Shown in pieces: positions 38,823 through 48,905 of a stretch of DNA of 51,302 bases. The notes below the pieces were generated by a model that saw nothing but the letters and a program-made list of their open reading frames with translations, did not search any database and was not told the DNA's origin. Each line of letters begins with the position of its first letter. Positions within the stretch are counted from its first letter, which is position 1. The stretch covers positions 1 to 51,302 of the forward strand of contig CAYWJO010000022.1 of the NCBI GenBank assembly GCA_964458565.1, given 5' to 3'. Source of the DNA: an uncultured archaeon (GTDB lineage Archaea; Asgardarchaeota; Thorarchaeia; Thorarchaeales; Thorarchaeaceae). Made by a program: the position numbers and the translations under genes.

Positions 38823-39787
38823 GAAATATGGAGCCACTGACACACAACCCTAGCTCAAGTAGTGAAAACTGGAATGAATCGTACTACTTCATTTTCTACG
38901 ATAAGAAGAATAATATTGGAGGTATGAGTCGAGTTGGATTCAAACCAAACAAACCTGAAGGAATGACATTTTTTTTCTTATTTCTTCCTGATGGCACAGT
39001 AGCAGCTTATAATATGACAGATAACGGAGATCACTACCCCAATTCGATAAAAGTTGGTGGTGTGGAACATCACTATCTTGAGGAAGGAGTATGGAGATAC
39101 ACTTTCAATGGACCATTAGTAGTTGTGAACAATCCTGAAGACTTACCAAATGCAAGAGTGAATCCATCACTAATCAAAGACCTTCTTGAAGCTAAGATAG
39201 AATTAGAATTCAAAGGAATAAATGACACATATGAATATTCAGAATTCATGACACCAGAATCTCGCGAGCTTGGTAAAAAATCAGGAGATAAGCATTGGGA
39301 ACAGATTGCCAAAGTCACAGGAACTATCAAACTAGAAGACAATGAGTACATCATTGAAAGTGCTATGGCTCAACGAGACCACACTCATGGCATTCGAGAT
39401 TGGACAGGGATTGGTAATTGGTTTTATTTTGTTGTCTGGTTCAACGAGGCTCTTGCAATCAATCCTGCTGCTATTGTAATGGATGACGGGCGGTTAGGAT
39501 CTGGTGGTTTCCTTTTCAAAGATGGTAGGAACATTCCTCTAATGGAGATAACTCTCAAAGAGCATAGATTTGAGAAAGGGAAACCCTATCCAGTCGTAAC
39601 AATTCTAGAACTGGTTGATGCAGAAGGAAACACTCACATACTAGAAGGAACACCAGGACCAATTATACCTATACCGTTTAATGATGCAGAAGGTAGAGAA
39701 TCGGTTCTAATCCAATCGTTTGGTGAGTTTACACTCGATAGCATCAAAGGAGGATATGGCTCATACGAAACACTTCGGAGGATATAG
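38819..39787 (+). CDS. Hypothetical protein, AttH/CrtC/tocopherol-cyclase-like beta-fold
   Basis: WNESYYF, HWEQ...GTI, RDHTHGIRDW motifs; ATGA overlap with the upstream gene. Confidence 0.6.
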   Translation: MRNMEPLTHNPSSSSENWNESYYFIFYDKKNNIGGMSRVGFKPNKPEGMTFFFLFLPDGTVAAYNMTDNGDHYPNSIKVGGVEHHYLEEGVWRYTFNGPLVVVNNPEDLPNARVNPSLIKDLLEAKIELEFKGINDTYEYSEFMTPESRELGKKSGDKHWEQIAKVTGTIKLEDNEYIIESAMAQRDHTHGIRDWTGIGNWFYFVVWFNEALAINPAAIVMDDGRLGSGGFLFKDGRNIPLMEITLKEHRFEKGKPYPVVTILELVDAEGNTHILEGTPGPIIPIPFNDAEGRESVLIQSFGEFTLDSIKGGYGSYETLRRI

Positions 39788-39835
39788 ATACTTATCCGTT
39801 TAATATTAGTAGTCGTACCGTTCTATATTATAGGA

Positions 39836-40501
39836 GTGAAACCAATGTTTGATCTTATTCAAGAACGAGACATAGGTGCTCGAATTGCAAGTCGGACAAT
39901 GGTATATCTCATCGCTCATGGTGAACCAGAAGATGAGTCATATGAGAAACTAGGTGAACAAGGACAGAAACAAGCGTTAGAATTAGCACACTCGCGAATC
40001 ATAGGTGGAGTATCACGTGTATATAGTGCTCCGGAAAAGATAGCTAAGGAAACTGCAGAGATTCTGAGAAAGGAATTTGATGTTCCAATGGTTTCAATAG
40101 ATTGTTTATCAGATCTCAATCGTGGAAAAAATAGATTTGATGTTGATATTCTATCACAATTATGGGAAGACGTCTATGCTGAGATAAAAGGTGTCGAATG
40201 TATTCATGAAGCACAATCACGATTTGGAAGTTGCATGAATGAGCTAGTCGAAAAACATCCGAATGATAGCATCGCAGTAGTTGCACATCCACTTGTAAAT
40301 ACACTCTTCAATTCAATTGTTATTGGGGGTTCACCACAAGTTGAAGATTGGGTCTATTCAGGATTTTGTGCTTGTGCTTCCTATGATGTGACTAAGAAAT
40401 CATGGAGCATGGTTATGCCCCCTGATGACAGTTTTCTGATTGAACCTTGTTCTGTAATTGAAAAAATACCTGACGAGGTCAAGAAAGCTTTTGGATTGTA
40501 A
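39836..40501 (+). CDS. Histidine phosphatase (phosphoglycerate mutase-like) family protein, degenerate RHG motif
   Basis: VYLIAHGE, LGEQGQKQA, VYSAP...ETA, IAVVAHP. Confidence 0.75.
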   Translation: MKPMFDLIQERDIGARIASRTMVYLIAHGEPEDESYEKLGEQGQKQALELAHSRIIGGVSRVYSAPEKIAKETAEILRKEFDVPMVSIDCLSDLNRGKNRFDVDILSQLWEDVYAEIKGVECIHEAQSRFGSCMNELVEKHPNDSIAVVAHPLVNTLFNSIVIGGSPQVEDWVYSGFCACASYDVTKKSWSMVMPPDDSFLIEPCSVIEKIPDEVKKAFGL

Positions 40502-40512
40502 AAAAGAGGTCA

Positions 40513-40567
40513 CAAGGCCCATTGCTGAGCCTTGCAGACAATAAGTGAAGAGGAGTGCATGCACTCC
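40513..40567. terminator. Two hairpins between convergent genes
   Basis: CAAGGC...GCCTTG (40513-40534) and perfect palindrome GGAGTGCATGCACTCC (40552-40567). Confidence 0.45.
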
Positions 40568-40574
40568 ATAGACA

Positions 40575-43500
40575 CTATTGCCTTCTTCGAACTGCAACAC
40601 AAGCGATAACTGCTACTACTACTATTCCACCTACAAGAATGTAGAGCACTATATCACTACCACTAGGTGTAGGACCAGAAGTTGTTGTAGTTGGAGCTGT
40701 GGTCGATGAAGTCATTTCTGAGGGTGTTGTTGTAGTACCGCCAGCTACACTGTTGTGTGAACTTGTGTAGGCAACAAATACAGGATCACAAATGATTGCA
40801 TTGCCACCCCATTCAGGATAGCCTGCAGTCATGAAGAGCATTGAAGATTCAATGTTCCACCCTGTTATTGTATTGCCAGTATCTGACTCATACATTAGGT
40901 TGAATGCACCAATAGGAGCAGATGATGAACCTGAGTAATGCACCTCGGTGAAATTGTCAAGACCAGTTATGAATGGTAACCCACCCATCGTGACATTTGC
41001 AAATGGACTGTCTGCCGCTCCAAACTCGAAGAAGTTACCTTCAACACTCATCTCATTTGTATCGGTCACTGGAGTTGATTCAACATTGTATCTAACTCGC
41101 TCAGCTGTCGTTAACTTCCCAAAGAAGTTGACTGCTAATCCACGCTCTAACAGAACCGAATTGTCAAATTCATCAAGATCCCATTCACCAAATGCTTGGT
41201 CTATCTTGAAACTCACTGCATGATTCCAAGTTGTTTCATCTTCAGCATCGTATTCAACCATATCAACAGTGAATGTGATGTCAAATGCCATCTCATCCAC
41301 AGTAGCATGAGTAATCCAGTAGTCGAAGTTAGTTTCATTAAGTCCTAAAGCACCTTCATAGGACTCTCTGAATGCCCAAGGTCCTCTGATACCATCACTG
41401 TTCTCAATTTGCAGCGGATACATACAGACCTCAACATCATAAATCGAAATACCAAATGTAACTACTGTGTCAGGATCAACGAATACATCACCAGAGTCTT
41501 CAGTAGAGTTCAATGGTCGACGAAGATCAAGTGAACCAATATCATCAATAAGGACAACATGAGTAACCTCATCAGTTACAACCTGACCATCCTCAAATGA
41601 GAAATCGGGAGCTCGATTGCCTTCTTCCTCACCAAGTGGTGTCTTGTCAGTGAAGACAAGCAGACCTGCATATTCAGCTCTGAAACTCGCCCACATTCGT
41701 GATGACTCTGTAACAGCAACGTTGAATGCTTGAACAGTACCCCATGCAAACCATGTATTGGTCCACACGTTATCATCTAGCCCAGTCCATTGTTTGAGTT
41801 CAATTGTTCGATTCATAGAGAGCCAAGCGACGTGTTCGTATTCAGGAGCTGCGATGTCATCAACCTCATCAGCCCAAAGGAGATCTCGAATCTCATTCAT
41901 CTCAGCCTCAGGAACAAGTGTGAAGTTATCAGCATGATACCAATAGAACGTTTCATTGGCTTCAAACTCCATGATGGTCTTTGCAACACCCATCCAACTG
42001 CTAGACACGAATTCATCGTGAGGTAAGTCTGGAACGGGATCAAATCCCACAATAACTGCCATACCCTCGACAGAGGTATTACCCCAATCGTGCCAATAGC
42101 CAGTTCTCTTGATGAAGTACTGATCTTCAGTTGTGTATGTATTTCCATCAAGGTCGATTGCACCGTCTTCAGTTATCGTCCAAGCAGGAGGAGCCCATAC
42201 TCTGAACTGCCCTAGTCGGAAGTGACTAGGACTCCAAACAATATCACTTGAAAGATCCACCTGGTAGTAGAGATCATTCCAATCTGATTCTTGGAAATCA
42301 GGAATCCATGTTGGATATCCCCAACCAGTACTATTCCAGATACGGAGATCCTGTTCAAGTCCTACTACAACTCGTGATTGTTTGAGAATCATTGAAGGTG
42401 CATCAATACTGAAAGTAACATTGAAACTCAGAACGGTTTCTGACTCACCAAGATTGAGATTCCAATCATTGACAGTCCACCAATCGGTGACGTTATAATT
42501 GAAATCAACGAGTGCACCTGTTCTAGTAAGATATGTAGATTCAAAGACAGCACTCCAGTATGTAGCCAAGTTGGTATCGAAATCAACTGTGATGTTGTAA
42601 ACAACATCTACCCGCCAGTGGTGAGTTTCGTTGCGCCCGGTACCATCAGCTGATACTGCTAATGTGAAATCTTTCAATGTGTGATTGATTAAGAAATCAT
42701 TGCCAAATTCATCTACATCTGTCAGAATAAGTGTTCCATTGATATATTCAATCGGTCTGTGTACTACCATGGTGAGATTGAGGTTTTCACCCTGTTCACC
42801 GATTTCAACGATATTTCCAGCATTATCAAAAACAAAGGCTTCAACATAATTCTCCTTGTAGGAGAGTCTCAGTGTCTGTTTGTGGAATATCTCATCTCTT
42901 GGATAGATTGGTTTACCTTGAGCATCATTTACAACACCTAGCATCCAATTATCTTGGACAGCGATAGGAAGTACATCACCCGTTTTGAATGGGTCAGAAT
43001 CCATATCACAAGCATCTGTAAAGCTGCCTCCCCATTGTAGGACACCAAGAGTTTCAGATACTGTATACTCAGTGAAGAATAGGTTCAGATCGATGGTCCT
43101 GTTTATCTCAACACCATAGTGAAGGACCCATGATCCAATATCCTCAGTTAATGATACATATTCGAAAGAAATGTCTGGGTATCCAACCTCCCAGAATGTT
43201 CCACTCGCATTATGGACCATGTATAATTGAGGACCTAGCATTAAGGATACATCTTCCAATGGTACATCAGCATTAAACATCGTATTTGGCCAACCAAGAG
43301 GCTGGGAATACGTGATATTCTGCTGATAGGAGGCATTCCAAGTTAGCATTGCAAATGGTATCATTACTTCTGCAATGTCAGTTGTGGACATCATTCGAAC
43401 AATGAAGATATCACCATCGTCAACATAGTGGATTAATTTTCCTTCTGTATCAACTATGTCAGCATAGTAATAATGTTGCAAGGCAAAGTCTCGAGGACTT

Positions 43501-44171
43501 ACTACTGTCTGTACTCCTATCGGAGGTGACTCATATCCTTCATTGGTTTGACTTGCTAACCATGATGGAGTTACTGGACGTCCAGCCGTGTCAACAGCTT
43601 GCATGCCGGTCCAAAAGATGCTTTCCATTGTATCATCTGTGAACTCGACTGCAAACACAATCTGATAATACTCTATTTCTTCGATGTATTCACACTGATT
43701 GGAGTACATGTTGATGAAATTGGCACTAACTGCTGCTTCAACCCCAGGTCTATATTGGAAGCTTGCGTAATTCCAATGATCTGCAGTTGCATTATACTCC
43801 AGAGCAAATATTGGAGATCTGGGAATCCATGTATTACCCCAGAAATGTACTGCATCAAGTGCATTATTAACACCGATGAAAGATTTCGGTATCACTATAT
43901 TGATGTGTAAGAGGGTTCCGATTTCTACATGATAGTTGTTATTAGATATCGATGTGTCGTTACCCGCATATTCTATAGTTATACTCGGTTGTGGACCAAA
44001 GACCCACTGTGAGCTTTCCTGAGTATGGCTCCAGTTGTGCATCTGGTCAGCCACATTCCATATAACCCGTACATACGGATTAGTGGGTGGTTGAGCATAT
44101 GCAAAACCAGACATACCGAGAAAACCGACTAACAGCAGACCTGCAATTAGTAAACTTATTTTTCGTTTCAT
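40575..44171 (-). CDS. Large secreted, membrane-anchored acidic surface (S-layer-like) protein
   Basis: MKRKISLLIAGLLL signal peptide after AGGAG; many N-x-S/T sequons; Thr-rich linker, TM and RRRQ tail. Confidence 0.8.
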   Translation of the reverse strand: MKRKISLLIAGLLLVGFLGMSGFAYAQPPTNPYVRVIWNVADQMHNWSHTQESSQWVFGPQPSITIEYAGNDTSISNNNYHVEIGTLLHINIVIPKSFIGVNNALDAVHFWGNTWIPRSPIFALEYNATADHWNYASFQYRPGVEAAVSANFINMYSNQCEYIEEIEYYQIVFAVEFTDDTMESIFWTGMQAVDTAGRPVTPSWLASQTNEGYESPPIGVQTVVSPRDFALQHYYYADIVDTEGKLIHYVDDGDIFIVRMMSTTDIAEVMIPFAMLTWNASYQQNITYSQPLGWPNTMFNADVPLEDVSLMLGPQLYMVHNASGTFWEVGYPDISFEYVSLTEDIGSWVLHYGVEINRTIDLNLFFTEYTVSETLGVLQWGGSFTDACDMDSDPFKTGDVLPIAVQDNWMLGVVNDAQGKPIYPRDEIFHKQTLRLSYKENYVEAFVFDNAGNIVEIGEQGENLNLTMVVHRPIEYINGTLILTDVDEFGNDFLINHTLKDFTLAVSADGTGRNETHHWRVDVVYNITVDFDTNLATYWSAVFESTYLTRTGALVDFNYNVTDWWTVNDWNLNLGESETVLSFNVTFSIDAPSMILKQSRVVVGLEQDLRIWNSTGWGYPTWIPDFQESDWNDLYYQVDLSSDIVWSPSHFRLGQFRVWAPPAWTITEDGAIDLDGNTYTTEDQYFIKRTGYWHDWGNTSVEGMAVIVGFDPVPDLPHDEFVSSSWMGVAKTIMEFEANETFYWYHADNFTLVPEAEMNEIRDLLWADEVDDIAAPEYEHVAWLSMNRTIELKQWTGLDDNVWTNTWFAWGTVQAFNVAVTESSRMWASFRAEYAGLLVFTDKTPLGEEEGNRAPDFSFEDGQVVTDEVTHVVLIDDIGSLDLRRPLNSTEDSGDVFVDPDTVVTFGISIYDVEVCMYPLQIENSDGIRGPWAFRESYEGALGLNETNFDYWITHATVDEMAFDITFTVDMVEYDAEDETTWNHAVSFKIDQAFGEWDLDEFDNSVLLERGLAVNFFGKLTTAERVRYNVESTPVTDTNEMSVEGNFFEFGAADSPFANVTMGGLPFITGLDNFTEVHYSGSSSAPIGAFNLMYESDTGNTITGWNIESSMLFMTAGYPEWGGNAIICDPVFVAYTSSHNSVAGGTTTTPSEMTSSTTAPTTTTSGPTPSGSDIVLYILVGGIVVVAVIACVAVRRRQ

Positions 44172-44424
44172 ACTATTCAACTCCTAACTATGATATTTAT
44201 GCTGGTCACTCACCTTAGCATGAATGACGAATACTCCTACTTCCAGTGGCACGGGCTTTGTGCTCAATACGCGACCAGGTCTTATGATATATTCATAGCA
44301 TGAGTTCATCAAAGGTACATTCCTAATTACCTCTGATGGAAGAAACCGATTTGCTGCAAAATATACAATGTATAATCGCTATTAAGGCGCTATGCATGAT
44401 TCATACATAACTGAGTATGGTGGT

Positions 44425-45405
44425 TCATTTTAGCAAACGCACTTTTCGAATTTCATCAATGTACAAAATCTCAGCTAGTGATTGCATCTCAAGAATCCGA
44501 ACTAAATCGAGTGTTTCTGCAAGTGCCAGAACAAGAGAATCAACATCATATTCACCATACATTTTTCGCGAGAGAGAATATATTGATTGAGCATCATCAC
44601 TCAAAAATCCCCTTAGTCGCTCGAATTTTTCCTCATAATCAATGCGAAGTTCTTCTATACGCTTGCTGAGATTCCATATAGGGGTACGGTGACCGGGTAA
44701 TGCAATATATTCTCCAAATTTGTCCAATTTAGTTAGAGAATCAAAATAGGATAGCATTGAGATAGTGCTGGGATTGTCAAAGTCAAGACTCGGATTTGAA
44801 CTAATATCACCAATGACATGATCTCCGGTGAAGACCACTTTCTTGTCTTTTAAGTAATAACAACACGAGCCTCTAGAATGACCTGGTGTCCAAATCAATT
44901 CAAGCATTCCTAATCCCGTGCTAAAAACGCTATCATCTGTAATTGTTATAATATCTGAACAGGACTTTGAATATCGAGAAAAATAACCTACATATCGTTC
45001 CTTTGTTATGAATTTCTTAAAAGAACTCGGAACTCCGTTTTCCCATATTAATCTCAGATAAGAATCAATTCGTGTTTTAATATAACTCTCGAAATCTTTG
45101 ACATATTGAACATCTGCTTCATGAATGAACACATTAGCCATTCCCTCATCTCGAGAATCTCGAATAGAGCTTGCAAGTCCGCTATGGTCTAGATGCCCAT
45201 GCGTAAGAATAATTTGATCAATGTCAGCAAATTGATGTCCTATTTCATTCAGATTCTCTGTCAGCACAGATAGTGCATCTTCTGAATATGGACCTGTATC
45301 AATTAGCGTTAGAGGTGAACCTTCTATCAGATAGCAATTCATAGAACCTACAGCGAATGGTGTAGGTACATCAATTCGATGTATTTCTGAAGGAATCTCA
45401 GACAT
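44425..45405 (-). CDS. MBL-fold metallo-hydrolase
   Basis: LIDTG, THGHLDHSG, TPGHS, FTGDH, LPGH. Confidence 0.9.
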   Translation of the reverse strand: MSEIPSEIHRIDVPTPFAVGSMNCYLIEGSPLTLIDTGPYSEDALSVLTENLNEIGHQFADIDQIILTHGHLDHSGLASSIRDSRDEGMANVFIHEADVQYVKDFESYIKTRIDSYLRLIWENGVPSSFKKFITKERYVGYFSRYSKSCSDIITITDDSVFSTGLGMLELIWTPGHSRGSCCYYLKDKKVVFTGDHVIGDISSNPSLDFDNPSTISMLSYFDSLTKLDKFGEYIALPGHRTPIWNLSKRIEELRIDYEEKFERLRGFLSDDAQSIYSLSRKMYGEYDVDSLVLALAETLDLVRILEMQSLAEILYIDEIRKVRLLK

Positions 45406-45407
45406 AA

Positions 45408-47423
45408 TTATAACTCCTCGAAATAAATTCGTAGGAGCTCTGCGACACTTCTAGCTCGTGAAACACAGCCTCTATCACGGTGAGGAGGAGAGCCATCAAA
45501 CATATCAGAGATTGTACCAAGACATCCAGTTTTGATTGAATTCAGGACAGGTCTAAAGAATGTGTTCTCCGCGTACTTACGATTAGTAAAATCACGACCA
45601 TGAACTGAGAGATATGCAGAAATAAATGGTCCAATTAGCCATGGATGGACTGTTCCCTGATGAGTTGCACCAGCTCGGCTCATTGGACCTCCAGTGTATG
45701 CACGTGCGAACTTTATATCCTTCTTAGAGAGCGTTCTCAAACCGTAAGGAGTGAGTAAATGTTCTGTGACAATGTCTAACACAGATTCAGCTTGGCTCTG
45801 GGAAAGAAGAGGATATGGTAGACTAAGTGCAAATATCTGGTTAGGTCGGATAGAATCGTCTTTCATGTCATCAGAAACGACATCGTAGAGGTACCCTCCT
45901 TCCTCATTCCAAAACGCTTGAACAAACGCCTCTCTAATCCATGATGCAACCGCGTTGAATTCATAGGGGTCTCTTCCAAGTAATTGACCCATTTCGCCCA
46001 TTGCTAGCAGACAATTATACCACAATGCATTGACTTCTACGCATTTCCCAATGCGTGGTGTCGCTACCCAATTGCCAACACGTTCGTTCATCCAAGATAC
46101 TTCTACACCTTCAATGCCGGAATTGATTAATCCATCATGATCTTCAAAGATATTGTATTTCGTTCCTATTCTAAATGCAGATATCACCGACTCCATCGTA
46201 TCCCAGATTATACCTCGAAGAAATTCAGTGTCATTAGTTGCTTCGATATACTTCCGTACACCCATGATGAACCAAAGGGATGCATCAACACTATCATATT
46301 CTGGTTGGATACCACGGTCAGGAAAGTCATTCGCTATTAGTCCATACCTTGAGCATCTTGCATAAGTCGTGAGTATAGCTCGTGCGTCTTGAAAACGACC
46401 CAATGATATTGTTAGACCCGGTAAGGAAACCATCGCATCATGCCCAATATCTTCCAAATGATGATAACCAGCAATTACTGAGCGCATACCCGTTGACGCT
46501 CGGTCTACAATGAAAGAGTCTGCATTGAATACAAGCCATTCTATATCCTCTAGTCTCTTCTTTTCGGATACAGAGTAGGTTCGATCATTCAAGACTTTTC
46601 TTCTTCTCAGTTCTTCAAAACGAAGCTTCGCAAAGTCTTTCCTCTCTGCAGTTACAAGGTCCCCTAAATTACTCATCAAATCTTTTCGAGATGGACCTGC
46701 TGCAAAAAGAAAAGAAAGAAAATGTTGTCCTGCTGGTAAAATTGTGTGGAAGACACCTGGAACAAATAACTCCTCTTTGTGAGCGATTCCTAAAGCTTTG
46801 TCCTTTCGGTACACCTGAGTTTCTGTGACCTTTATTTTCGAAGGCATAAATTCAGCATCTGGTGTATATCCGAAAAGCCATGGAGAGCCAGCTCTTCCAT
46901 CAAATGAGTAGTAAGAGTTGTCATTTAATGGTTCAGACTCCGGAGTAAAATCAAGTTTCTCATGTCGTGCATGAATGTCCCGACAAGTTTGAACGGGGGT
47001 GACGGTAAATACCAAATCCTCAGAATTCGTGATTTCATAATTGATAGCAGTAAGATTCTGTCTATATGCCATAAAGATAGTCTTCAGTATCTCAGCATCT
47101 TTCGTTTTGTAAAAGAATTCTGGTAATGGATTCATTCGAAATCTCTTCAAAACACGATACCCACGTTTTGTCACTCCGGATGTTGTTTGCTCTGTGCTCA
47201 GATCTACATCACCAGCAGATGTTGCTACAGCTTCATCAAGCCTTGAAAGAAGGAGCCATCTATTAACAGGGGGGTTCATTGAACACATTAACAAACCATG
47301 ATATCCTCTCGTGTTCAAACCGACTACTGTCGAAGATGCATAACCACCTATGCCATTGTTATAGAGCCATTCGAAGGTAACTGCTCTATTCAATCTGAGG
47401 TCAGCATCTTCTAGAACCATCAA
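45408..47423 (-). CDS. Amylo-alpha-1,6-glucosidase / archaeal-type glycogen debranching enzyme homolog (degenerate motifs)
   Basis: EWLYNNGIGGYASST, TRGYHGLL, SVIAGY, DASLWF, PRIGKCVEVNALWYN, IRPNQI, TPYGLRTL. Confidence 0.85.
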   Translation of the reverse strand: MMVLEDADLRLNRAVTFEWLYNNGIGGYASSTVVGLNTRGYHGLLMCSMNPPVNRWLLLSRLDEAVATSAGDVDLSTEQTTSGVTKRGYRVLKRFRMNPLPEFFYKTKDAEILKTIFMAYRQNLTAINYEITNSEDLVFTVTPVQTCRDIHARHEKLDFTPESEPLNDNSYYSFDGRAGSPWLFGYTPDAEFMPSKIKVTETQVYRKDKALGIAHKEELFVPGVFHTILPAGQHFLSFLFAAGPSRKDLMSNLGDLVTAERKDFAKLRFEELRRRKVLNDRTYSVSEKKRLEDIEWLVFNADSFIVDRASTGMRSVIAGYHHLEDIGHDAMVSLPGLTISLGRFQDARAILTTYARCSRYGLIANDFPDRGIQPEYDSVDASLWFIMGVRKYIEATNDTEFLRGIIWDTMESVISAFRIGTKYNIFEDHDGLINSGIEGVEVSWMNERVGNWVATPRIGKCVEVNALWYNCLLAMGEMGQLLGRDPYEFNAVASWIREAFVQAFWNEEGGYLYDVVSDDMKDDSIRPNQIFALSLPYPLLSQSQAESVLDIVTEHLLTPYGLRTLSKKDIKFARAYTGGPMSRAGATHQGTVHPWLIGPFISAYLSVHGRDFTNRKYAENTFFRPVLNSIKTGCLGTISDMFDGSPPHRDRGCVSRARSVAELLRIYFEEL

Positions 47424-47567
47424 TGTGGTTTTTCTCCCAATCTATGTATTGCATTGTGTAATAATGGGTTCTTTAAGCCTTGTGTGATTTCAACTCAAGA
47501 CCTTAATAGACAATATATTAAACATAGTAAGTTGTCGAAAATAGAACCCAATCACAGGTGCAACAAG

Positions 47568-48842
47568 ATGAACACTTCAGACCAAATAATTGTTGGCAAT
47601 TCCACTCGAACAATATTGGGTCTGAAACCAAATCTATGGAGATTAGCTCTTATTGTAGGTCTTGCACAAACCTCTATGAGTCTATGGACTTGGCAGTATA
47701 GTATCTTCCTCGAAAATATCATTCAACCCTGGCAGATGGGTATCACATTCTCTACAAGTACAGTAGCTTCGCTAGCTGGTTACATGTCATCTGGCATAAT
47801 CTCGGATCATTTAGGTCGTAAACGAACACTCATGATATCGTTCATTCCAATGATTATCGGACTACTGCTATTTGCGACCTTTCCGATTTGGCCATTCATA
47901 CCCTTCGAGGTTGCTATGGTGCAGTTTGGATGGGCATTTGTGATTATTATTGCTAGAACATTTCCAGCAGACATCATAGCAGCAGAAAAGGCAAAGGATC
48001 CAGCTAGGAAATTTATGATGGTTTTATTACCAGCCTTTGCGATGGACGGGCTAAGCCCCATTATCGGAGCCAATTTGTTCATTCTCGGTTTTAAGCCGAC
48101 TGATCTCTATTTGATAGCTGCATTTATGGCTCTGGTATCTATCATCGTTTCATACCGATTTATTAGAGAATCAATGTCAGCGGAAATACTAGAAAAAGCA
48201 AAAATTGGTCCTAAGATTTCATTTAGAAATCTGGGTACTAACTTCTGGAAATTGGTAGCAGGAATGATAGGCTTTGTATTCTTCTTCAATACTGCATTAC
48301 CATATTGGGGAAACCTAGTAGTTGGCGAGTGGGGAATTGATGTTATTGCATTCGGTTATGTCTATAGTACATTCTCTCTGTCCTCAGCAATAATGATGTA
48401 TGCCTCCAATATACTTGCAGATAGAAATTTAAAGATAGCACTATTTGGAGCAATTCTTGGAAATGTAATAGTAATTTCACTATTGGGAGCTTCATTCGGA
48501 TTTATTGCACTTGTCGCTCTCACGATAGGCTGGTCAATACCTGTAGCAATCTGGATAGGAGCTGAAAGAAGCTTGATTGTCGCGGACGTTGATGATGCTA
48601 TGAAAGGAAGAGCAATGGGCACATATCAGTTCATGATGACATCTACAAGCGTCATAGCATCACCTTTTGGTGCATTTCTTTGGGATATCACTGGATCCTT
48701 ACGTACGGTTTACTTATTTTGTGGAATTGAAGGTCTCGCGTGTTTAGGAGCTCTCTATCTAGCGCTAAATTCGATGAAATCTACTCAATCAAAAGATGAT
48801 GAAGATAATACCACAGATGAAGATGATTTATCAGATAGTTAG
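47568..48842 (+). CDS. MFS transporter
   Basis: ~12 TM; SGIISDHLGRKR motif A; KGRAMG; ATG 47568 after CAGGTG. Confidence 0.88.
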   Translation: MNTSDQIIVGNSTRTILGLKPNLWRLALIVGLAQTSMSLWTWQYSIFLENIIQPWQMGITFSTSTVASLAGYMSSGIISDHLGRKRTLMISFIPMIIGLLLFATFPIWPFIPFEVAMVQFGWAFVIIIARTFPADIIAAEKAKDPARKFMMVLLPAFAMDGLSPIIGANLFILGFKPTDLYLIAAFMALVSIIVSYRFIRESMSAEILEKAKIGPKISFRNLGTNFWKLVAGMIGFVFFFNTALPYWGNLVVGEWGIDVIAFGYVYSTFSLSSAIMMYASNILADRNLKIALFGAILGNVIVISLLGASFGFIALVALTIGWSIPVAIWIGAERSLIVADVDDAMKGRAMGTYQFMMTSTSVIASPFGAFLWDITGSLRTVYLFCGIEGLACLGALYLALNSMKSTQSKDDEDNTTDEDDLSDS

Positions 48843-48905
48843 CTCGGATTATCCGAGGAATGCTCATATCTAATAACAAAACATACTGTAATCATCAGAT
48901 GAGGT

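Noticed and set aside
44230-44262. Cobalamin riboswitch (GCCACUG-GAAG-like string in the leader)
   Set aside because: Other core elements (GGGAA, T-loop, AGYCAGRAGACC) not found; downstream gene not B12-related
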